Both the position numbers and the translations under genes were made by a program. From Dendrobates tinctorius (Eukaryota), in contig NW_027361687.1 in assembly GCF_039654945.1 (NCBI RefSeq), forward strand, positions 5,518,001 to 5,582,000: a stretch of DNA of 64,000 bases. The letters are read 5' to 3'. The first letter of the stretch is position 1. Each line of letters starts with the position of its first letter. Below are positions 52,919 through 63,329 of this stretch, in pieces. The notes under the pieces are model-generated. The model ran no database searches. It worked only from the letters and a program-made list of their open reading frames with translations, and was not told where the DNA came from.

Positions 52919-52953
52919 CCTCGTCAGTACAAAGTGTGAGATCTGGTTTGGCT
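52919..52953 (-). ncRNA. Type I hammerhead ribozyme, 5' half (5' strand of helix I, CUGACGA box, start of helix II)
   Basis: Minus strand AGCCAAACCAGATCTCACACTTTGTA-CTGACGA-GG; complementary to the 44712-44736 segment. Confidence 0.8.
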
Positions 52954-54732
52954 GTGAAAGAGGCATCTGACCGATATCCAAGAAGTATCATTTCTCCTTG
53001 CGGAGAATAACATGCTAAGCATGTCGAGATGAGGAGACTTAAAGCCACAATGCTCCTCATCTCGACATGCTTAGCATGTTATTCTCCACAAGGAGAAATG
53101 ATACTTCTTGGATACCTTGATGTTGTAATTTCAATGTTGAGAAATGTATTTTTATTTGGAGATTAGGATATGATGTTCTTAATCCTTCTGGAGGAATGTG
53201 ACAGTAGATTTTTTTTCAGTCCCAGTTTCTTCTATGAAAGCTATGAAACACAAGAGCGTCTTGTACCCAACACACAAGGACCAAGCAGATGTGTACTGTG
53301 TCCATTGTGTAAGTAGATGTGTCAGTCTCTTCAGGACCAGAAGAGATAAGTTCATGACCAGCAGGTTTCTGACCCTAAAGCCAGTCAATGGGCAAAGCGA
53401 TGAGGTGACTTGATCCTCTAGAAGGAACTCCCTGAAAGATTAACAGTGATTCAGTACTACCTAAATGTCGTCATAGTCAAATGGCCCAAAAGTATTAATG
53501 AGGCCTAATAAAAAGAGACAAAGCCAATACTTTAGGACAATGCACGACTTAGAGCACGGTAAATAAAGTCGTTATGATTTCTTCTGTTTGCGCAAACATT
53601 TTGGGGCTTAATGTCTCTTGGTTCCTATTTCCTACCAATTTGCTTATGCGTGTCAACAAATTATCTAATTCTACCAATTCTGATTATAAAGAGAAACTCA
53701 TTATGGCACAAGACATCGGCATATAAAAGATGTGATGTTATTATCAGGATGGATCTATTTACAGTGTTGCAAGTGCTTAATTATATGCAGTCGATTATAA
53801 AGCCTCAGTCACGACTCTATAGAATATAATAAATAAATGACTTCCTGTAGAAATTGATGGGCGATCCTCCATCCGACCTCTGGTCATTTACATATATATA
53901 GCTTTTAGGATTTAATATAATTTGCCATTTGTTTTCTCTCTGAATAATATTTAATGCACGTACATAAATCATACATATATGTCAAGAGGCTACAAAGTAT
54001 GTTTTTCCATGTCGGCACAGAACGTCCCAGCACATCTCAAGATAAACGATTAAAGGGTCCAGGCTAAACACTATGTACAAATGAAATGTTCTCATAATTT
54101 TATATAACAGTTTATGTTCTATAAACCTGCAATATATTTGCTGTGCTAATAATAATATAGGATACAAAGTATTAACCTGCAATATATTTACATTAATAAT
54201 ATAGGACATGTAAAAATCTGAAATATAGTTACTATGATTATAATAATAATGTAGGATATGTTTAATAAACTTGTAATATATTTCCTGTGATAATAATCTA
54301 GGCATGTAAACTTTCTGTATGGGCTCACTGGGTGAGGTGGATCCGTTAATCCTCTGGTGCAAGTGGGTACACTGACCATGAGTGTAAGGCCGGGGTCACA
54401 CTAACCGACGCAAAATACAGTCCGTATTTTACATGCGCAATATGGAGAAATGTCCCCTAAATAGTGCTCCGCATGTCATCCGTAAACAAGGTGTGGTCGC
54501 GTATTTTGCACATGTAAGCATCCGTATGTAATCCGTATGTAATCCGTATGGCATCCGTATGGCGAGATTTTCTCGCAGGCTTGCAAAATGGACATTTAAC
54601 TGTTTTGAGGCCTGCAAACTATTTAAATCATTAGCCTACACCCTATTTATTGGCTCTGGAACAGGTGGCTGCCTCCATTCTGTCCATTTGTGACCTTGCC
54701 TTGACTAGATGTGTTGGTGTTGTATGTGCAAC

Positions 54733-55850
54733 ATGGCAGACAGTCTGAGTTTCAACACAACTGAGCAGGTTCTCTTCAACTGGTTTTTGTCACGCCGGTT
54801 TGGTCACCCATACCCAGTGATAGTGGATCCGCGGAGGAGGAGACGCATGTGGGTCCATCCACTTTTGAGGCAACGACTCACAAGAGGTCACTTTCACCGC
54901 CTCTATTCTTCTCTGTGGGATCATCCGGAAACATTTTTCCAATACTGTCGCATGAGCCTTGCAACATTTGATCTCCTCTTGGAGACAGTGCGCCCTGGGA
55001 TCACCTTTCAGGACACAAGGATGTGCAAAGCTATATCTGCAGAGGAGCGACTTCTCACATTACAGTATGTACTACACAGCCACATTCTCTATGTTCATGA
55101 TGTGTTGCCCAAAGCATGTGTATTTTAGTTTTTGGAATAATTTTTTGGCCTTATCTTACTCCAGATATATTAAAACTTACATACCAGAATGTTATGTGTA
55201 ATATGTACTGAATATCACGTAGTCATTATGCTAGAAAAAATATGTGTGTTAGTAGATATGAAGCAATAAAAAGTTTGGTATGTCTGTAGCTGGTCTTTTT
55301 ATCATTTTTGCCCTCTAAAATGTTCCATTTCTGTTGTTCTTAAGCTTCCTGTCCACTGGCCTGTCTTATGCAGCCCTCCACCATGAGTTTCTCATTGGAA
55401 GATCTACCATTTCTGGCGTAGTCAGGTCGACATGTAGTGAAATATGGTCAAGACTCTATCAACTCATCATGTCCGAGTCCAAGATGGAAGACTGGTTGAG
55501 GATCTCAAGGAACTTTGAGGAGGAATGCCAGTTTCATAATTGTATTGAGGCCCTGGATGGGAAACATATCCGGGTGCGTAAGCCGACGAACTCTGGCTCC
55601 CAATTCTTCAATTATAAGCAATAATTTTCTGTTGTATCGTTGGCTTTGGCCGACCCTCAATGCAAGTTTATTATTGTCGACATTGGGGCCTATGGAAGGA
55701 CGGGAGACTCTCGAGTCTTCAATACTTCCATTATGGGTCGGCGGCTACGCACCAACCAGTTGGATCTAAACCCACCACGCCAGCTACCAGGCTCCACTCA
55801 AGAATCAGTCCCTTATGTCCTTATGGCAGATGAGGCATTTCAGTTAACGT
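54733..55850 (+). pseudogene. Harbinger (HARBI1-like DDE) transposase, two exons, premature stop and 3' truncation
   Basis: MWVHP, FFQYCRMS, ISAEERL, intron ~55066-55344, FLSTGLSY, CIEALDGKHIRV, NYKQ*FS, GRTGDSRVF, ADEAFQL. Confidence 0.9.
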
Positions 55851-57232
55851 GTTTGAAGATCCTCAGAACCTGCTTGAGCAAGCATGTGTGTGGGGTGTCT
55901 AAGGTGCATCAGATTCCTTGGGGAAAGCTGCCACCTCTCCAGATATTCAAATAACTCATATGGGGTATTGGGGTGTGTGCTTGCATCAAGCAGGATCTGA
56001 AAACATCCTCGAATACATAGCCTCACCTCACGGTAAAGGGCCTGAAGATAACGGGCCAGGCTGCGTGAGTACGCCTCCTCCCCATCATCATTATTGACTC
56101 GAGCAAGGTAGTTCAGTACCCCTGTGTCAACATTGGTATGGGTATCTTGGGCAGGGATCTGGGGCCTTATTCTTCCTCGCTGGGATGGTCCAGCAGGCTG
56201 TGGGGAGCCCTGTATCTGGGCAGTTGGGCTGCTGCTGATGTTGCCCTGCTCCTCCTGTATGGCGGATGGTGCTGCAGCAGACGGTCCTGCTTGTGGATAT
56301 GCTCCTGGTGATGGGGTTTGTGGTGCAGGCACTTGGTTTTCAGGAGAGGAAACTTCACCCATGCTTCTTGGAGGGGGAGAAGATGGGCCAGCCACCTCTT
56401 CTCCAGCCACAGGATCAATGATGGGCTCTGTATCTGAGCCAGTTTCCCTTTCCGTAAGGTGGGACTGAGTTTTGTTATGAAATAGATCATAGCCAAAATT
56501 CCAAACATTAGTTTTGTCCTTGTAAAGTATCTGTGTAATGTGGTGTGAGGTATCTACTAACGGTCTCAGATCCAGAATAGGAACGAGGAAGGAGAGGCAA
56601 TCATAATATATATATTTAATCTTTGTGTGTCCCGCATCACCACTCCTGGCCCGCTGCTGACGTTCCCGCCTGTATTGGTCGCTGATGCTGTGCCAGCGTC
56701 TCATCACATCTTCCACTGCAATGTGACAGGAAATATTCTAAATTTCACATATTTGCTAGCTAAAATTTGCAAAAAGTAGCCTAGTCATGTGACCTTCTAG
56801 GGTGTGCTTTCTAGCCAGGGTGGCATGTATAATTGTGGCATCCAGGCCAGAATCACAGGATCACAATAGTTCAGGGGTCAAGTGACTACTCTTAACTTGG
56901 TTGCGTAGGAGGATGAGGAGCTTGTGGCCAGGGACAAATTATGTCAGTGTAAAAAAATGGTTCAATTAAAATTCTACACGCCTCATGAGGCAAAAAGGCC
57001 AAGCACAGGAAAGAAGGGGGGGCTTATTCCAAATGCCTTTTTTGATGTGAGGTAATTTTAAACACTTCTGCTCCTCACGTGGCCAATCACCAAAATTGTG
57101 GAACATCTGGCAACATATGCGCCTCCATGACGCCTCCTTTCTTGCCCGGTTGGCATAATGGGCACCACGTTGGTCCCAGATTTCCGGGCGCTCCGCAATA
57201 AGCATCTCCACATTGAGGCAGTAGGGTGCCAT
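55851..57232 (-). pseudogene. Harbinger MADF/Myb-like gene, degenerate
   Basis: LIAERPEIWDQR...SWRRIC (exon 1), VMRRWHSISDQYRRE and YIYYDCLSFL (exon 2), C-terminal DGEEAYSRSLARYL. Confidence 0.8.
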
Positions 57233-58142
57233 GATGCTGGACTCCGTGGAGGCGTACTTCCTGGATGCCTGGAGCGCTTTTTGAGCTAATTAGCATGTCT
57301 AAGCTTCCTGATGATGGATTGGCCCATTTCCTGTCACCTGCCAAAAGACCGTATTTCTCGCAAGTCACACGTGTGGTCTGTGTGCAATGCGTATTTTTTG
57401 CGCACTCATAGACTTACATTGGAGTACTATGGGCGTAGTACACTGACAATCACAGCATGCTGCGATTGGCATGGACCATAGAATATGGCCGAGAAATATA
57501 CGGCTGAAGGGAGCTACCCCATAGAGAATCATTTGTCCGTGTGCAATGCATGGTTTTTACGCCTCTCACTCATCCGTATTTCACTCTAGTGTGATCCCAG
57601 CCTAAGTGGAACTTCCAGAGGACATGTGGAATCGTGGGGACTAGGACTATCTGGAAACTCAGGAGCAGATGGAGGGGAACACAGCAGGGATAGATGTAAT
57701 CTGAAACACAGTAGTACAGATAATGGGGCGGACCAAGCATGGAACATCAGAGTCTCAATCCCAAGACACAGGAGTTCTTCTAGGAAGATGATGTCATTGA
57801 TCCACACCGGGCAACCTGAAAACCCAATAAGGAGCACAACAGAGGGGAGCGGACCCAGGAGAAGGGATCGGAGTCCAGTATACCAGGGACAGATCTGTGA
57901 CTTCTGCATTATATTTCCTGTGATAATAGTGATATGATGCTGTATGTATGCAATATATTTACTGTAACAGTTCTAATATAGGGTTCTGTGTATGAATCTA
58001 AAATATATTTAGTGGCATAATGATAATATAGGATATAATTTACAAACTCACAATGTATTTAAAGAGGCAGCTATAATAAAAACTACAAAGTATCATTGGA
58101 AAGAAGCAGCATCTGTGACACCTCATCACATCATAAACATCC

Positions 58143-58993
58143 TGTGAGACTGGAGACCTCCGGGAGTTGAACCCTCAGGATCACGACGATGAACCTCCCT
58201 ATACAGGGAGCGATAGGGGCAGACCCAGGGAAAACTATCGCCGCGGAAGCTGATAACTGGGAACAGCCAGAAAGAGGAGTAGGCAGGGGATGTACAGGCG
58301 ACCAGATGAGAGATGGCTACGACCACAGGAGAGACTGCTGTAGCCACGGGGATGGAGGTGGACAGCAAAGGAGGACGGCAGGATCGGGTACAGGGTGAGA
58401 CACCGGAACAGGCAGACGAAGGCAGGAATGGACTGGACCTGGAAGGGAACACAGAAAGGTCACAAGGAGGGAAACTAGCGGAGGACAAGGAAAGGTACAA
58501 AGCGCAGAGACAGGAGGAACACAGGAGAGCGTGGACCCGATATCAAACGTGAACCACAATTGATAGTCAGACAGAGGGCATAGAGTGAGGCTGCCTGATA
58601 TAGGGCACGCTGCAGAACTTCCGTGTCAGGGTGCGGCAGTGTCATGGGGCCAAGGGATAGGGCGCCTAGTCTAGGGGGGCATACCTAGATGTGCGTCTGC
58701 GTACCTGTGAGGGAGCAGTGGCCGGCCGCAGGACAGGAAGAGAGGCAGTTGATGGACAGGCGCCAGCAGTGGAGGCGGACCGAGAGGACCGGAAGCGCCG
58801 GAGAGCCCTGGGCGGCGTGGAGGCACGGGAGGCAGCGGGGGCCGCCGATGCCGTGACATGAGGAACCGTGGCAGGGGCGGACAGAGCGGCGGTGGCAGGA
58901 GCACGGCCAGGGGGAGCTGTGGCGGTCAGAGCAGCGGCCGCAGAAGCCGCAGGGTGAGCGGCAGCCGTGGAACAAGAAGAGGTGAGCGTGACA
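58143..58993. mobile_element. Solo LTR (851 bp)
   Basis: TGT...ACA termini with 5-bp TSD CATCC. Confidence 0.8.
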
Positions 58994-60514
58994 CATCCCT
59001 CATGAGCCACTATTTTTGGAACACATGGATGTACAGACGGTAGAGGCAGTAAAGGTTATCGTACTCATAAAGGTAACTGGCACAAATCTGGCTGCCCAAT
59101 CAATGTAGTGGCAATCGGTACACATTTTTCATCTTCACAGGGACCTGCACATTAACTAAAAAAGGAGATGAAAGCAGCAAGGGACCACAATTCCATTTGC
59201 TATCTCAAGACATGCATATAGGAATCAGTAAGTATCAGATTGTCTGGGTGTTATGATGACATGATGATAGGCTCTACGTACCTATCAATGTAATCCTGAC
59301 TCTGATGATAAGGAGACTGCTGGAAACTCTTCCTAAGAGGGCAGGTAGCATAAGTCTAAAAAAAATCAGTGGCCAGTTGCAAGTGAAAGTTGCAAGATAC
59401 TAATTTACTTTTATGTAATAAAGATCATAACCTAAAAAAAATGACTTTTTTTTGTTAAGTACATGTAACATTGAAAGAGTTGAGATGCTGCACCTTGCAA
59501 AAAAAACACCATAATCAAATAAGGTAAGGAAAAAAATGTAAATATGTGCATTAGAAGCCAGAAATCTCACTTCTTGTGCTGACACTGTAAAACACTGCAT
59601 GCAACAAGAACAATACCTAAAAAAGCAGCCAAAGCGCAGGAAAAACAACATGTGAACATACCCTAATAAGAACTAGAGCATGTGGGAACAATATCTCATT
59701 CAGTAAGTGCCTTCTAGTGATTATTATAGTTGAGCGAAACGGGTCGAAAAAATTCAAAAGTCGCCGACTTTTGGCAAAGTCGGGTTTCATGAAACGAAAC
59801 CCGACCCTAGGATGAGGTCGGCCACGAGGTCGGCGACTTACGCGCCGAAGTCGCGTTTCAAAAGTTTGTTTTGCGCTCTTTTTCAGCCAATCAGGATCCA
59901 CGGACACTGTGGGCAACGTGATGACATAGGCACGGGTCACCACCATCTTTCAGAAGGGCATGCAAGTGATTGGCTTGCTTTGGTGGGCGTCACAGGGGGT
60001 ATAAAAGGGCGTGCACGCCGACCGCCATCTTACTTCTGCCGATCTTAGTATAGGGAGAGGTTGCTGCTGATTCTGTAGGGAGAGCGTTAGGCAGGGAAGA
60101 AGACAGAAAAACTGCTTCTGCTGCTAGCGATTTGGCCTGCACAACACACCAGTCACTGTGTGTGCAGTGCAAGGGGAGGCTATATAGTGGTGTATCAGTG
60201 GTGTTGGTTGTTGGGCTGCCTTCTAAGGCTTCCTGACATTCCTGCATTGCTGTTTACCCACTGCTCCGCAAACTGCTTTTTTAAAAGCAATTCCAATTTT
60301 TTTTTTTTGTCCTGCTGAGAAGAAAAAAAAACTGCTTCTGCTGCTAGCAATTTGGCCTGCACAACACACCAGTCACTGTGTGTGCAGTGCAAGGGGAGGC
60401 TATATAGTTGTGTATCAGTGGTTTTGGTTGTTGGGCTGCCTTCTAAGGCTTCCTGACATTCCTGCATTGCTGTTTACCCACTGCTCCGCAAACTGCTTTT
60501 TTAAAAGCAATCCA

Positions 60515-63260
60515 ATCTCCCTTATCCTCTAGTCACTTTTGTCACAGCTGTGCCATCGAGCCTGTCACATAGCGCTCAGATATTCATTGGGCCTCACACA
60601 ATCCAAAAGTGTCCAGTGTCCAAAAGTGTGTGCAGATTCAAAATCTCCCTTATCCTCTAGTCACTTTGGTCACAGCTGTGCCATCGAGCCTGTCACATAG
60701 CGCTCAGATATCAGTGGGCCTCACACAATCCAAAAGTGTCCATCCAGTGTCCAAAAGTGTGTGCAGAGATTCAAAATCTCCCTTATCCTCTAGTCACTTT
60801 GGTCACAGCTGTGCCATCGAGCCTGTCACATAGCGCTCAGATATCAGTGGGCCTCACACAATCCAAAAGTGTCCAGTGTCTAAAAGTGTGTGCAGAGATT
60901 CAAATTCTCCCTTATCCTCTAGTAACTTTGGTCACAGCTGTGCCATCGAGCCTGTCACATAGCACTCAGATATCAGTGGGCCTCACACAATCCAAAAGTT
61001 TCCATCCAGTGTCCAAAAGTGTGTGCAGAGATTCAAAATCTCCCTTATCCTCTAGTCACTTTGGTCACAGCTGTGCCATCGAGCCTGTCACATAGCGCTC
61101 AGATATCAGTGGGCCTCACACAATCCAAAAGTGTCCAGTGTCCAAAAGTGTGTGCAGAGATTCAAAATCTACCTTATCCTCTAGTCACTTTGGTCACAGC
61201 TGTGCCATCGAGCCTGTCACATAGCGCTCAGATATCAGTGGGCCTCACACAATCCAAAAGTGTCCATCCAGTGTCCAAAAGTGTGTGCAGAGATTCAAAA
61301 TCTCCCTTATCCTCTAGTCACTTTGGTCACAGCTGTGCCATCGAGCCTGTCACATAGCGCTCAGATATCAGTGGGCCTCACACAATCCAAAAGTGTCCAG
61401 TGTCCAAAAGTGTGTGCAGAGATTCAAAATCTCCCTTATCCTCTAGTCACTTTGGTCACAGCTGTGCCATCGAGCCTGTCACATAGCGCTCAGATATCAG
61501 TGGGCCTCACACAATCCAAAAGTGTCCAGTGTCCAAAAGTGTGTGCAGAGATTCAAAATCTCCCTTATCCTCTAGTCACTTTGGTCACAGCTGTGCCATC
61601 GAGCCTGTCACATAGCGCTCAGATATCAGTGGGCCTCACACAATCCAAAAGTGTCCAGTGTCCAAAAGTGTGTGCAGAGATTCAAAATCTCCCTTATCCT
61701 CTAGTGACTTTGGTCACAGCTGTGCCATCGAGCCTGTCACATAGCGCTCAGATATCAGTGGGCCTCACACAATCCAAAAGTGTCCATCCAGTGTCCAAAA
61801 GTGTGTGCAGAGATTCAAAATCTCCCTTATCCTCTAGTCACTTTGATCACAGCTGTGCCATCGAGCCTGTCACATAGCGCTCAGATATCAGTGGGCCTCA
61901 CACAATCCAAAAGTGTCCAGTGTCCAAAAGTGTGTGCAGAGATTCAAAATCTCCCTTATCCTCTAGTCACTTTGGTCACAGCTGTGCCATCGAGCCTGTC
62001 ACATAGCGCTCAGATATCAGTGGGCCTCACACAATCCAAAAGTGTCCAGTGTCCAAAAGTGTGTGCAGAGATTCAAAATCTCCCTTATCCTCTAGTCACT
62101 TTGGTCACAGCTGTGCCATCGAGCCTGTGACATAGCGCTCAGATATCAGTGGGCCTCACACAATCCAAAAGTGTCCAGTGTCCAAAAGTGTGTGCAGAGA
62201 TTCAAAATCTCCCTTATCCTCTAGTCACTTTGGTCACAGCTGTGCCATCGAGCCTGTCACATAGCGCTCAGATATCAGTGGGCCTCACACAATCCAAAAG
62301 TGTCCAGTGTCCAAAAGTGTGTGCAGAGATTCAAAATCTCCCTTATCCTCTAGTGACTTTGGTCACAGCTGTGCCATCGAGCCTGTCACATAGCGCTCAG
62401 ATATCAGTGGGCCTCACACAATCCAAAAGTGTCCATCCAGTGTCCAAAAGTGTGTGCAGAGATTCAAAATCTCCCTTATCCTCTAGTCACTTTGATCACA
62501 GCTGTGCCATCGAGCCTGTCACATAGCGCTCAGATATCAGTGGGCCTCACACAATCCAAAAGTGTCCAGTGTCCAAAAGTGTGTGCAGAGATTCAAAATC
62601 TCCCTTATCCTCTAGTCACTTTGGTCACAGCTGTGCCATCGAGCCTGTCACATAGCGCTCAGATATCAGTGGGCCTCACACAATCCAAAAGTGTCCATCC
62701 AGTGTCCAAAAGTGTGTGCAGAGATTCAAAATCTCCCTTATCCTCTAGTCACTTTGATCACAGCTGTGCCATCGAGCCTGTCACATAGCGCTCAGATATC
62801 AGTGGGCCTCACACAATCCAAAAGTGTCCAGTGTCCAAAAGTGTGTGCAGAGATTCAAAATCTCCCTTATCCTCTAGTCACTTTGGTCACAGCTGTGCCA
62901 TCGAGCCTGTCACATAGCGCTCAGATATCAGTGGGCCTCACACAATCCAAAAGTGTCCAGTGTCCAAAAGTGTGTGCAGAGATTCAAAATCTCCCTTATC
63001 CTCTAGTCACTTTGGTCACAGCTGTGCCATCGAGCCTGTGACATAGCGCTCAGATATCAGTGGGCCTCACACAATCCAAAAGTGTCCAGTGTCCAAAAGT
63101 GTGTGCAGAGATTCAAAATCTCCCTTATCCTCTAGTCACTTTGGTCACAGCTGTGCCATCGAGCCTGTCACATAGCGCTCAGATATCAGTGGGCCTCACA
63201 CAATCCAAAAGTGTCCAGTGTCCACAAGTGTCTGCAGAAATTCAAAATCTCCCCTGTCCT
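60515..63260. repeat. Highly homogeneous 129/133-bp tandem array (~21 units) inside the hAT element
   Basis: Unit CCTTATCCTCTAGTCACTTTGGTCACAGCTGTGCCATCGAGCC...GAGATTCAAAATCTC; 43-aa period in the ORF track; variant units have a 4-bp insertion. Confidence 0.95.
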
Positions 63261-63329
63261 ATAGACACCTTGTACCTTGTTTTACATTACTATATAGTTT
63301 GTTGGATTTTGTCTACATTTCTACCAAAA

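Larger units (their letters stand above)
44588..53111 (-). mobile_element. Retrozyme/Penelope-like hammerhead-bearing unit (~300 bp plus 62-bp inverted duplication), split by the Tx1 LINE; own sequence 44588-44749 and 52919-53111
   Basis: 13-bp TSD ATACCTTGATGTT (44575-44587, 53112-53124); hammerhead halves at both Tx1 junctions; inverted duplication 52975-53036 / 53053-53114. Confidence 0.8.
43319..53146. mobile_element. Old Tc1/mariner-derived element, outermost shell of the nested cluster; own sequence 43319-44587 and 53125-53146
   Basis: TA-flanked degenerate TIRs CACTCCTCAGAATTGAAACTGCAGCACCAAG vs reverse complement CATTTCTCAACATTGAAATTACAACATCAAG. Transposase remnants (GTLTA, DNASLH, VLPWP) on + at 43920-44480 and on - at ~43560-43890. 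Confidence 0.7.
54388..57602 (+). mobile_element. PIF/Harbinger transposon, internally deleted (3215 bp)
   Basis: TIRs GGCCGGGGTCACACTA / TAGTGTGATCCCAGCC; TAA TSD on both sides; convergent transposase and MADF genes fused by a deletion near 55850. Confidence 0.92.

Noticed and set aside
52880-52927. Complete hammerhead or HDV-like ribozyme formed locally by the Tx1 5' UTR
   Set aside because: The downstream box reads GAAT rather than GAAA, and no convincing helix II/III or HDV pseudoknot could be built by eye.
53220-53307. Candidate exon with TTTTCAG acceptor and GTAAGT donor
   Set aside because: Translation not recognisable; such signals occur by chance in AT-rich DNA.
60515-63260. Regular array resembling a CRISPR locus or a repeat-protein gene
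   Set aside because: Whole units are near-identical with no unique spacers, no cas genes, eukaryotic context, and 4-bp insertions break the frame.
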